Of a stretch of 64,000 nt of DNA, positions 33,831-43,087 are shown piece after piece; the first letter of the stretch is position 1; each line of letters opens with the position of its first letter. A program made the position numbers and the translations under genes. The notes beneath the pieces are model-generated. The model was not told where the DNA came from. It ran no database searches and saw nothing but the letters and a program-made list of their open reading frames with translations. The DNA comes from Moorena sp. SIOASIH (GTDB lineage Bacteria > Cyanobacteriota > Cyanobacteriia > Cyanobacteriales > Coleofasciculaceae). The stretch is taken from contig NZ_JAAHIH010000001.1 of assembly GCF_010671925.1 (NCBI RefSeq), positions 741,053-805,052 on the forward strand, read 5' to 3'.

Positions 33831-34700
33831 ATGAATCGTGATGAATTCCTAAAACGCTACGAAGCCGGTGAAAGAGATTTTTCTGGTGTTAATTTGAAAA
33901 AAGCTAACTTGAAAAGTACTAATATCAAGGGTGTTTGTCTAAATTCTGCGCACTTGAGTAATGCTGATTTAGAGGAAGCCACTTGGGATGATGTGGATCT
34001 AAGTCATGCTAACTTGAGGAATGCTTACCTATATGAAACCACTATCGAAAATTCCAACCTCACTAAGGCTAACTTGAGTCATCTAGTAGCATCTGAATCA
34101 ACCTTGGAAAACTGCGACTTTAGTGGTACTGATCTGAGCTATGCTGATTTATCTGTAATCTATATGGCTGGTAGTAACCTCAGGGATGCCAATTTCAGTT
34201 ATGCTACCTTATGTGAGGTTTACGTAGGTGATTCTGACCTGAGCAATGCTAACCTCAGTTATGCCCGTATGCTAGGGGTTGATGGGTGGAAAAAAGCTGA
34301 CCTGAGTAGTATAAATTTTACTAAAGCTATCTATACATCATGCACTGAGTTTCCGACTGGATTTAACCCATCAAAAGCAGGAGCAATCTTTATTTGTGCA
34401 GAGGCTGACTTAAGCGGTTTGGACTTGAAAAATATCAACCTTGGTTATGAGGAAATGTCTGGCGCTAACCTTAGTCATGCTAATTTGAGTGGTGCAAGAC
34501 TGTATAATAGTGACTTGAGGGGCGCAAACCTAAGTTATGCCAATTTAGAAGGTGTTGACTTTCATGATGCTGATTTGAGTGAGGCTAATTTTAGCCATGC
34601 TAATCTTAAAAAGGCTAAATTAGCTAAGGCTGAATTAAATGATGCCATTTTCTGTAACACTATTATGCCTAATGGTAGGATTAGGAATGATAATTGTTAG
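33831..34700 (+). CDS. Pentapeptide-repeat protein.
   Basis: Runs of A(N/D)LSxANLxGA pentapeptides throughout. Confidence 0.85.
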   Translation: MNRDEFLKRYEAGERDFSGVNLKKANLKSTNIKGVCLNSAHLSNADLEEATWDDVDLSHANLRNAYLYETTIENSNLTKANLSHLVASESTLENCDFSGTDLSYADLSVIYMAGSNLRDANFSYATLCEVYVGDSDLSNANLSYARMLGVDGWKKADLSSINFTKAIYTSCTEFPTGFNPSKAGAIFICAEADLSGLDLKNINLGYEEMSGANLSHANLSGARLYNSDLRGANLSYANLEGVDFHDADLSEANFSHANLKKAKLAKAELNDAIFCNTIMPNGRIRNDNC

Positions 34701-34864
34701 CTAGATCAATACCTTCAACCATCAGGAGTTTTCCATCAAAAGCGGCTCTTCCGGCTTTGCGGTGATAAGGCAAGCTTATATCACGTAATTCCGCCAGTTC
34801 CAGCCACGTTGATTTTCGATTTTGTGCCTTTTGATACGTTTTCAACCACAGATCCGGAAGAGCC

Positions 34865-35995
34865 TCAAAAGCTACATACTTCCAGGCAATCGAGTATATA
34901 TCTAGCCGCATCTACAAATACCATATCCAGATACTGAAACTGATCCGGATGCAGCTGGGAGCGCAACTCATCCCAAGCCTGTTCATCCTCAATATCTTCA
35001 TGCCTAAATCCTGCCTCCAGCACTGCTGTATACCTGGAATCAATCCCCAGATGCTTAGCCACTATGTGTAAATAGTCCTGCTCAGTAGGGTCAATTTCTC
35101 CATCCGCCGCTGACATATCATAGGCAAAGCACAACAGGAGTAGCTTCTCAGCATCGCTTAGAGGCTTAGTCAAAGTTAACCATTCGGGGCAATTAGACCC
35201 AGTAGGGTTCCGCTGAACTTGCCGAAGCAGAAGTCCGATTAAGAACGGTCCCAATTGACGCAAATCATCCTCTTCGGGAGGCGTTAAGCGGTCAATGGTT
35301 TTTGCCAGCAGCTGTCTTTCTTCTTCTACCACTTGACCATCCGCCAACATCACTTCCAAGGAAATAGTCACCAAGGCTACCAAAAAAATCATGGTTGGTG
35401 TAATATCTAACAGACTCAGTTGCCTTCCCACAAGATGGGACAAGTATTCAACAACTTGCTGATTTACCAGTCGGATACCTAGAGCCTCAAACTGTTCTGG
35501 TTGCAGCTTTGATTGGAACTCTTCCCAAACAGACTGATCTGGGAAGTCCTCACCCTTGAACCAAGCTTCCAGCACCATTGGGTAGCGCGAGTCAATCCCT
35601 AAGGAATTTGAGGCTAGCTGTAAATACTGGCTTTCATTGGGGTCAATCGTCCCATCCACCGCTGACATGGCATAGCAAAAGTTAAGGAGCAAAATTCGCT
35701 CTGACTCAGACAGGGAGGTGGTTAGCTTCAACCACTGCTGAGGATTTTGATAAACCGGATTCTTCTCTAGTCCAGAAAGCAAACCCTGCACGAATTGACG
35801 GACATCCCTCTGGGGGGGGACTAATCGCTCAATGGTTTTCTCTAGTAGCTGCTTCTCTTCGTCCTGTACAACCCCATCAGCATACATGACTCCCATCCCA
35901 AGGGTTACTAGGGCAGCTAAAAACCTCACAGGCGGTGTTATATCGTCTTGAGTGAGGTTTCGTCCGCTTAGGCTAGACAAAAGTTCAATAGTCAT
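34865..35995 (-). CDS. Tandem TerB-like (tellurite-resistance TerB/DjlA-N fold) domain protein.
   Basis: Two internally duplicated halves, each with a hydrophobic segment followed by ADGxV/xxEExxLL and MSA(V/A)DG(T/E)IDP(N/T)E(S/Q)(Q/D)YL motifs. Confidence 0.55.
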   Translation of the reverse strand: MTIELLSSLSGRNLTQDDITPPVRFLAALVTLGMGVMYADGVVQDEEKQLLEKTIERLVPPQRDVRQFVQGLLSGLEKNPVYQNPQQWLKLTTSLSESERILLLNFCYAMSAVDGTIDPNESQYLQLASNSLGIDSRYPMVLEAWFKGEDFPDQSVWEEFQSKLQPEQFEALGIRLVNQQVVEYLSHLVGRQLSLLDITPTMIFLVALVTISLEVMLADGQVVEEERQLLAKTIDRLTPPEEDDLRQLGPFLIGLLLRQVQRNPTGSNCPEWLTLTKPLSDAEKLLLLCFAYDMSAADGEIDPTEQDYLHIVAKHLGIDSRYTAVLEAGFRHEDIEDEQAWDELRSQLHPDQFQYLDMVFVDAARYILDCLEVCSF

Positions 35996-36120
35996 TTTTT
36001 AGTTAATCCGACGGAAAGCCCCGCGCTGTAATCTTCGATTCAGCTTCGGGATGATAGTCGGGTCGGGGTTTAAGCAATTCAATACTTATTATTTGACTTT
36101 TATTATGTTAAAATAATAAC

Positions 36121-37389
36121 ATGAGTTTAACAATGAACTACACTTACCGTATTTATCCTTCGGCTGCTCAACAAGAATTAATGTTGAGATGGTTAGAAAC
36201 TTGTAGACGACTGTATAACCGTTGCCTACGAGACTTAAAAGACTGGATCAATAGCAGAAAGTGTCAAGTAGATCGTTGCTCCATTGACCGGGAATATATC
36301 ATGTCTGCTGATATTCCTTTCCCGGGTTACATGGAACAGAAGAGACAGTTAACCCAATGGAAGAAAACCGACCCTCAACTCAAGGCTGTACATTCTCAGG
36401 TGACACAAGATGTGGTTAAGAGATTGCATAACTCTTGGGAAGCATTTAAACAGAGAGGGCATGGTTTCCCAAGGTTTAAAAAGTACGGTCGTTATCAATC
36501 CTTTTTGTTTCCTCAGTTTCAGAAGTCACCCTTTGTCGGCAATCAAATTAAACTCCCGATGATTGGGTGGGTCAAGATTAACTTACATCGATATATCCCG
36601 ACGGGCTTCAGGGTTAAAGGGGTCAGAGTGGTTTCAAGATGTCGAGGGACAAAATGGTTTGTTGTTATTACTATCCAAGCCGATGTATCTGTTCCTGATA
36701 CTCCGTCCTACGGTAGAGCTATTGGGGTGGATGTTGGGTTAAATGACTTTTTGGCAACATCAGATGGCTTGAGAATTCCTAGATCCAAGTTTTTTGTAGA
36801 CTTACAAAGCGAGCTTAAATTGCTGCAACGTAGAGCATCCAGAAAACAGAAAGGGTCTAAAAATTGGGAGAAAGCACAAATTAAAGTTTCACGATTACAC
36901 CACAAAATTGACAACACTCGCTCCGATTGGCAATTCAAAGTCGCTCATGCTCTTTGTGATCAAGCCGACTCTATTTTTGTAGAAGATATTGATTACCGAG
37001 TCATGGCAAAAGGGTTTCTTGGGAAGCATTCCCTAGATGCAAGTTTTGGTCAATTCAGAGAGTTATTGAAATGGGTCTGTTGGAAAAGAGGGAAATTTTT
37101 GGCCACAGTAGACCATCGGGGAACCTCTAAACAATGTCCTAAATGTGGGGCCGAGTGGGATAACAACCTGTCAATCCGTTGGCATACTTGCACAGAATGT
37201 GGATATTCCAATAACCGAGATGTTGCTAGCGCAGAAGTGATTCGTAATCGTGGAATTGAAAAGTACCCAAGGACAATTGGGGAAAGGAAACCGCCTGCTA
37301 TTGGCGTACTGTCGGGGATTTTCAATCTAGATAAGTGCTACGCAGGAATTCCCAATTGTGAGATTGGGAAGCCCGCGCTGTACTCGTAG
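36121..37389 (+). CDS. tnpB: TnpB (OrfB_IS605) RNA-guided endonuclease-family protein with an intact RuvC triad and Zn ribbon.
   Basis: Candidate RuvC triad residues sit in GVDVGL (Asp), FVEDIDY (Glu) and NRDVASAEVIRNRG (Asp). Zn ribbon is CPKCG...CTECG. The N-terminus YTYRIYPSAAQ is TnpB-typical. Confidence 0.85.
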   Translation: MSLTMNYTYRIYPSAAQQELMLRWLETCRRLYNRCLRDLKDWINSRKCQVDRCSIDREYIMSADIPFPGYMEQKRQLTQWKKTDPQLKAVHSQVTQDVVKRLHNSWEAFKQRGHGFPRFKKYGRYQSFLFPQFQKSPFVGNQIKLPMIGWVKINLHRYIPTGFRVKGVRVVSRCRGTKWFVVITIQADVSVPDTPSYGRAIGVDVGLNDFLATSDGLRIPRSKFFVDLQSELKLLQRRASRKQKGSKNWEKAQIKVSRLHHKIDNTRSDWQFKVAHALCDQADSIFVEDIDYRVMAKGFLGKHSLDASFGQFRELLKWVCWKRGKFLATVDHRGTSKQCPKCGAEWDNNLSIRWHTCTECGYSNNRDVASAEVIRNRGIEKYPRTIGERKPPAIGVLSGIFNLDKCYAGIPNCEIGKPALYS

Positions 37390-37505
37390 AGTCAGCGTCG
37401 GGAGGATGTCACGTTTTGATATCAGTGAGTGGGATCACATCTCAAGGGAACCTGGTTAAGGCAATGGTTATGGGATCATCCATTGTAAGTTGGCTTAAGG
37501 CTTTT

Positions 37506-37545
37506 GTAATGCGATTAGCCCGAAGGGCGTTGGCTAGCGAACGCA
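37506..37545. repeat. 40-bp palindromic unit GTAATGCGATTAGCCCGAAGGGCGTTGGCTAGCGAACGCA, copy 1.
   Basis: Exact direct repeat of 37603-37642. Its inverse copy is at 27606-27642. Confidence 0.85.
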
Positions 37546-37602
37546 TCTTGATCACGTTGGTTTAGCAAATAGTGATGGGATCATGAAGAAGTTCAGACGG
37601 TA

Positions 37603-37642
37603 GTAATGCGATTAGCCCGAAGGGCGTTGGCTAGCGAACGCA
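37603..37642. repeat. 40-bp palindromic unit, copy 2.
   Basis: Identical to 37506-37545. The two copies are separated by a 57-nt spacer. Confidence 0.85.
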
Positions 37643-38221
37643 ACCAAGCTTCAGGGAGTAAAGGAGGGATCCCATGCATCATGCCTGCATAACCATTTTT
37701 GAATTCAAAATGCCAAATTCAAAATTCAAAATGAATAGCTTTATAATTTTGATTTTTTGACACCCAATACAAGCAAATTAATTCATTAATGTGGTATTTT
37801 TTGTAAGTATTCAGAATAATGCTTACAATTTAATTTCTATTAAGCTGGCTTCTTTGGGGTTAATTCTAAGAATTCTGTCACTGTACCAACTTTCCAACCG
37901 TTGGCTTCTAGTTGTGCTTTTTTTCCTAGCTCCATCCCACTAGACCTCTCCAAAAACTTTAGACATCTCCAATAATCTCTAATCGAGTCACAGCAATCAA
38001 ACTAAGCGGGTCAACAACTTATTGATGAAACCACCAGTGCTTTAGATAACCGCACCCAAAGCATTTTTTTAGTACAGTAGAGAACCTTTGAGTAACTGCT
38101 TAATTAGGAAGGGTTATTTGCCAATTTGATGGCTCGACAAATGGCTTAGAAAATTAATTATGAAACCATGAACTATCGCTTTTGGGGCAAATCATACCTT
38201 AATTCAGCAACACCAAATTTC

Positions 38222-40972
38222 TCAATTGCGCAGAATCAACCGTTGCCGATGAACATGCAACAAACTAAACTCCCGCTGCGCCACCTGGTCCAACATATAA
38301 ATAATATGCTCTGGTCGCAACATGGTGCCATCATTCAAACAACTCCCGACATACCGCAAAACCACCCCAGATTCCGCAACCTCCTCTTCACCATCTTTAG
38401 GTCTTTGGGATTCCATCAACTCGAAGTCAAATAAGCGATCGCATAAATTCACCAACTGCTTCTTACCCGACTTCGTAAACCGTTCCCACCAAATTTCCTT
38501 ACTACCCTTAATCGCTTCAATCCAACCCTGCCAGTCTTCCCAAGACACCGATGACATTACCTCAACTCGAATCAAATACTCCGCCTTTTCCAACAGCTGA
38601 GTTCCAGCAGGTTCCTTCAAATCCACTCCCTCAACCCCATACACCGGAATCTCTTCAGGCAACTCAGACACCAGCCTTTCCCTAAACTCCTCAACTGGCA
38701 TTTTCTCAGTTAACTCAAACTCCACAATCTCCCCACTACTAGAGGCTCCCAAGGGCAAAGCATTAGCAATCATAATCCGAGCATTAGCCCGAAACCCCCC
38801 ACTATAGCGAATTGGTAGTGACGCTCGTCTTACTGCTCTCTCAAACAGACTTGCCAAATCCAGATGACCCAACAAGGTCATATCCCCCAACTTCCCAAAC
38901 CAAACCCGCAGCCGCTGATCCTTATTAGTATTGGGTTTAAAGTGACCAGCAAATTGCGGAATCTGCGGCGGGTCAATCACCACATTATGACCAAAATCAA
39001 TCCCACACACACCACAGTGAGAACACCCATCAAAGGAACAATCCGGTACTGTTGCTGCATCTAACGCCCGTTGTAAATCTTCCTTGAGCCAATTCTTATC
39101 AATTCCCGTATCAATATGATCCCAAGGCAAGGGAGCATCAAGGGCGTTAAGGGTTGTTCGCGTAGCGTGGCCTTTTGGCCAAGGTTGAAGGGTTGAAGGT
39201 TGAAGGTTATTTGGTTGAAGGTTATTTGGTTGAAGGTTAGACGGTTGCTCTGAACTTTCAACATTCAACCTTCCAACTTGCAACTCTTCTACACCCGCCA
39301 TCACATTCCATTCGCCACTTTCTACTTGGCGATATTTCCAGGTCAGACCTGATGAAGCGATCGCATTTTCCCAAGCAGCAAATGCCCGATCCAAGCTTTC
39401 CATCCAGGCATCCATCCCTGCCCCCAATTCCCAAGCACGGCGCACCACCGCACTTAAGCGTCTGTCACCCCGTCCGACAAAATCTTCCATGGCCGAAATC
39501 CGAACATCGGTGTAATTAACCTTCACCCCCCTGATCTGACCAAATACTTGTTTGAGCAATTCCTGCTTGCGTTTAAACTCCGAAGTCGATACGGAATGCC
39601 ACTGGAATGGGGTGTGAGGTTTTGGGGTAAAATTAGAAACAGTTATGTTAAACTTAAGGGTTTTTCTGCCTTTAGCACGGCACTCCTGCTGCAACCAACG
39701 CACCGTTTCCGCAATCCCCAACACATCCGCATCCGTTTCACCGGGCAAACCAATCATAAAATAGAGCTTGACTTTCTCCCAGCCTTGCTCAAATGCCGTC
39801 TTTACTCCCCTGAGCAGTTCTTCATTAGTCAGTCCCTTATTAACAATATCCCGCATCCGCTGAGTTCCTGCTTCTGGGGCAAAGGTCAAGCCACTCTGCC
39901 GATTTCCCCCTAGGATATTGGCAATATTTTCATCAAAGCGGTCTACCCGCTGACTCGGTAGGGACAAGGAAATATTCTGATCCTTAAGACGATTTTTGAT
40001 TTCCATCCCCACCGCTGGTAGAGCCAGGTAATCGGAACAACTCAGGGATAGAAGGGAAAACTCGTTATACCCTGTAGCACGCATCCCTTGTTCAATAGCT
40101 TCCACCACTTTTTCTGGTTCCACATCCCGCGCTGGTCGAGTCAGCATCCCAGGTTGGCAGAACCGACAACCGCGAGTACAGCCCCGCCGCACTTCGATCT
40201 TGAGTCGGTCATGAACCGTTTGGATATAGGGTACTAGTCCAATAGCATAGGCAGGCATCGGTGTAGCCACACGCCGCAAAATCCGCTTCGGCACATCAGG
40301 GCGGTTGGGTTTAACTGAGCCATCCTCAGTCATATCATAGAATTGGGGGACATACACCCCTGGTATCTGAGCCAAATCCAGGAGTAACGCTTCTCGACTT
40401 AAGCCAGCTGCTTTGCCTTCTTCGATTACTAAGCCAATCTCTGGCAACAATTCTTCCCCATCGCCAAGATCAACAAAATCTAAGAAATCAGCATAGGGTT
40501 CAGGATTCGATGTAGCCGTTTGTCCACCTGCAAAAATTAGGGGGATTTCCGATATATCAAACTCAGCACGGTCTTTCCAGGTAAGGGGAATTCCTGCCAA
40601 ATCCAACATTTCCAAGATGTTGGTTGCCCCTAATTCATAGCTAAGGCTAAAGCCAATAATATCGAAATCTGTCAGAGGTCGCCGATTCTCGACAGCAAAC
40701 AGAGGGGTTTGAGTGGAACGCAATTTAGCTGCCAAGTCTGGCGCAGGTAGATAGGCGCGATCGCATAACTGCCTAGGTTGACAATTCAATATATTGTAGA
40801 GGATGATATGGCCTAAGTTAGAAGCGCCCACTTCATAGATTTCTGGATAAGTCAATACCCAGCGTACCTCAGCTTCTTCCCAAGGTTTATGGACTGCTCC
40901 CAACTCGTTACCTAAGTAACGGGCTGGTCTGTTGATGTCTGCTGTTAGTATTTCCTCTACACTGATTCCCAT
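38222..40972 (-). CDS. B12-binding/radical-SAM protein fused to a C-terminal DUF2344-like domain. I recall this as the TIGR03960/TIGR03936 type. It carries an in-frame repeat-element insertion.
   Basis: Radical-SAM cysteine triad CTRGCRFC. 916 aa. The internal segment ...SSEQPSNLQPNNLQPNNLQPSTLQPWPKGHATRTTLNA is encoded by a heptamer array plus the GGCCAAAAGGCCACGCTACGCGAAC core. Confidence 0.7.
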   Translation of the reverse strand: MGISVEEILTADINRPARYLGNELGAVHKPWEEAEVRWVLTYPEIYEVGASNLGHIILYNILNCQPRQLCDRAYLPAPDLAAKLRSTQTPLFAVENRRPLTDFDIIGFSLSYELGATNILEMLDLAGIPLTWKDRAEFDISEIPLIFAGGQTATSNPEPYADFLDFVDLGDGEELLPEIGLVIEEGKAAGLSREALLLDLAQIPGVYVPQFYDMTEDGSVKPNRPDVPKRILRRVATPMPAYAIGLVPYIQTVHDRLKIEVRRGCTRGCRFCQPGMLTRPARDVEPEKVVEAIEQGMRATGYNEFSLLSLSCSDYLALPAVGMEIKNRLKDQNISLSLPSQRVDRFDENIANILGGNRQSGLTFAPEAGTQRMRDIVNKGLTNEELLRGVKTAFEQGWEKVKLYFMIGLPGETDADVLGIAETVRWLQQECRAKGRKTLKFNITVSNFTPKPHTPFQWHSVSTSEFKRKQELLKQVFGQIRGVKVNYTDVRISAMEDFVGRGDRRLSAVVRRAWELGAGMDAWMESLDRAFAAWENAIASSGLTWKYRQVESGEWNVMAGVEELQVGRLNVESSEQPSNLQPNNLQPNNLQPSTLQPWPKGHATRTTLNALDAPLPWDHIDTGIDKNWLKEDLQRALDAATVPDCSFDGCSHCGVCGIDFGHNVVIDPPQIPQFAGHFKPNTNKDQRLRVWFGKLGDMTLLGHLDLASLFERAVRRASLPIRYSGGFRANARIMIANALPLGASSSGEIVEFELTEKMPVEEFRERLVSELPEEIPVYGVEGVDLKEPAGTQLLEKAEYLIRVEVMSSVSWEDWQGWIEAIKGSKEIWWERFTKSGKKQLVNLCDRLFDFELMESQRPKDGEEEVAESGVVLRYVGSCLNDGTMLRPEHIIYMLDQVAQREFSLLHVHRQRLILRN
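39155..39245. repeat. Composite repeat (core GTTCGCGTAGCGTGGCCTTTTGGCC plus a (GGTTGAA/GGTTATTTGGTTGAA)n array) lying inside the radical-SAM CDS.
   Basis: Read directly from the sequence. It is in frame with no stop codon. Confidence 0.9.
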
Positions 40973-41220
40973 AGAAAATTTATTACTGCTTTGAATGCAG
41001 TTAACCCTGATCCACCATTCATTTTATCAGTACTCAGGGTAGATATCGGGTTGGGTGAAGGTGGATGAAGTGAGGGAGATAAGAACCACCAGACTTCTTG
41101 ACTGGTATTTCCCTATCTCCTCCCATCATCATCGCTGTAAGCACTTAATCTTCCTTAGATTTCCTATTATTTTGCTGCACTCAGAGCCATTGAGTTAGCT
41201 TCCCAACCTACTCCAACCTC

Positions 41221-41568
41221 CTAGAGGGCTGTAGCAAAAGCCTCATGGCTCTCAAAAATCTCAAACACCCCATCTAATTTAGTTAGCTCCAGCATAATGC
41301 GAATTGAAGGAGCTACGGAGCAAAGACCAAAGCGCCTCTCTAGAGTTCTTGCTAGCTTCAGGGCATGAATTAAAGCCATTAAGCCAGCACTGTCGAGAGA
41401 CTCTAACTGATGCATATCAACCAACAAAGCTGAATCCTCAGCAGCCACCACAGCTTCTGTCAACTGACTTTTAAACTCAATTGCATTAGAAGCGTTAATA
41501 TGACCGGAAGGTTGAATAATTCTTAATTTTGCACTTAGGGTCGCCTGTGTCATGAGTAGACTCCTCAC
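41221..41568 (-). CDS. STAS-domain anti-sigma-factor antagonist (SpoIIAA-like).
   Basis: 115 aa. LDSAGLMALIHALK-type STAS motif, with a conserved Ser/Asp region DSAG. Confidence 0.7.
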   Translation of the reverse strand: MRSLLMTQATLSAKLRIIQPSGHINASNAIEFKSQLTEAVVAAEDSALLVDMHQLESLDSAGLMALIHALKLARTLERRFGLCSVAPSIRIMLELTKLDGVFEIFESHEAFATAL

Positions 41569-42243
41569 TTGGTCAAATCCAATAAAATTTTCTAGAGAAT
41601 ATATTGAAGATAGTATGGAATTTTGCTAATTCCATACCACTTCTGAGATACTTTGCCGAATCTTTACAGATGGCTAATGGTTTTTGAAATCTTCATAAAA
41701 CTTACCATCAAAATGTATCATATATTACTTTATTTCAAGTTAAGTAATTTATTTTTCATTTCCGATGGTCTAAGTGGCTAAGAGCATGGCTCAGTTGATG
41801 CCTATAAGTAGTGATTAAATTTTAATAATTTTTGTTACGTTAACTAAATAGAGCTGTCCTGACATAGAAATATAATACTTTTTGTTATAGGCTTGAGCCA
41901 AATGTTTAGCCAAAGAGAAGTATAACGTTAACTAGGGTGTAGAGGCAAGTAGTACTAAGCAGTATGTCCTTATAACTGCCTTAGGTGCGCTCTTACCATT
42001 AAGAATTAAATTCGCCACGGGTGGCACCTAAACTTCAATACCTCTAACCCTTGAAACGGCATAGCTTCTTCCGTTCAGGTTAAGCTTTCTGAGTTAAGTC
42101 CAAAAGGCTGATAATATATATGTAACAGAGTACCAATCCACCTCATCAGTGATTTAGATCACATACCAATAAGATAAAGATCACTATAGTGGCTAGTAAC
42201 TTCAGAAGACAATAAATTTATATGGAATTTTGGGTAAGTAATT

Positions 42244-42438
42244 GTGAAAACTACCTTTGTTATTCGTCAACTAGTAGAAAAAGCCCTCTATATTAGGCAG
42301 TTGACTCCTGATATAGAGAATGCAATTAACTACGAACTAACTCAAACTGGTTACATCTCTGATGTGGATTACGAAGCACTGGAATTATTAATGTCTGAGA
42401 TGGATGCTGGTCGTGTACAGCTAGTTCCGAGTCACTAG
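42244..42438 (+). CDS. Hypothetical small protein, 64 aa.
   Basis: ORF only. It follows a long AT-rich spacer. Confidence 0.25.
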   Translation: MKTTFVIRQLVEKALYIRQLTPDIENAINYELTQTGYISDVDYEALELLMSEMDAGRVQLVPSH

Positions 42439-42471
42439 AAAAAGTGGTTATAAACTAAGGCTAGACCAGCT

Positions 42472-42540
42472 CGGAGGCTTGGTAACTAGTCCATGACTTT
42501 TAGCCATGACTTTTAGCCATGACTTTTAGCCATGACTTTC
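42472..42540. repeat. (CCATGACTTTTAG)x4 tandem 13-mer.
   Basis: Read directly from the sequence. Confidence 0.9.
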
Positions 42541-42691
42541 AAGGTTGGGGCAAGCTCTAACAGCTACATGTGGCAAAACCCCTACAACTTTAGTTTACTC
42601 TCCTAAGGGGTCTGACTTGCTACTGCTTGAGTCGTGATCAGATCACCATGGAGTTGGCAAAGTCCTATTACCGATTAACCATTAACAACAC

Positions 42692-43087
42692 TTAAAACTT
42701 TTCAGGATAAGCTTGCCAAACTGCACAGATAAAATAACTTAGTTGCTGGCGAGCATCAGGGTCACTTTCTACATTGACATCAGGGTCATCTAACCGAAGC
42801 AAGAGGGGAATTACTTCAGTGTCTAAGGCTAGTCGTAATAAACTCGCTGGCCAAAGTAAATCCGGTCCAGAGCGTAGGTCGTAAAGAGTAAGCTGTTCAG
42901 GGAGTTCCACTGGCACAGGCTCTTGACTATGCAAGGTGACCAATATCATAGAACGCACCCAACACATTTGTCGCGATGACACAAATTCGATCACTTCAGC
43001 GTATAAACGAGTATTGTCATGCTCTAAGCAAATAATCTGATGAGGCTGGAACTCGTAAACCAAACTCCTTGATACGTCTTTATTCAC
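42692..43087 (-). CDS. Hypothetical protein, 131 aa.
   Basis: ORF only. Confidence 0.4.
   Translation of the reverse strand: MNKDVSRSLVYEFQPHQIICLEHDNTRLYAEVIEFVSSRQMCWVRSMILVTLHSQEPVPVELPEQLTLYDLRSGPDLLWPASLLRLALDTEVIPLLLRLDDPDVNVESDPDARQQLSYFICAVWQAYPEKF

Larger units (their letters stand above)
36000..37660 (+). mobile_element. IS200/IS605-family TnpB-only (IS1341-like) element. The 3' flank (37390-37650) is the presumptive right end and omega-RNA region. Boundaries are approximate.
   Basis: TnpB ORF with no adjacent Y1 tnpA. The 3' flank is full of GGGATCA-type motifs and two 40-bp palindromic repeats. Confidence 0.5.

Noticed and set aside
34681-34911. 76-aa minus-strand ORF between the pentapeptide gene and the TerB-like gene.
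   Set aside because: It overlaps the 3' end of the pentapeptide-repeat gene by 20 nt and the TerB-like stop by 47 nt. It has no motif. It could be real, but there is no support.
37506-37642. Two identical 40-bp direct repeats separated by a 57-nt spacer, which looked like a minimal CRISPR array.
   Set aside because: There are only two units. The unit is internally palindromic and recurs inverted as a solo copy at 27606. The spacer length is atypical. No cas genes are present. It sits in the 3' flank of a TnpB gene. It fits an IS right-end or PATE repeat better.
38168-39913. Plus-strand ORFs (38168-38434, 38322-38600, 38864-39064, 39548-39913) and the minus-strand ORF at 39061-39264, all inside the radical-SAM gene.
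   Set aside because: They overlap the 916-aa CDS. The ORF at 39061-39264 is simply another frame through the heptamer array.
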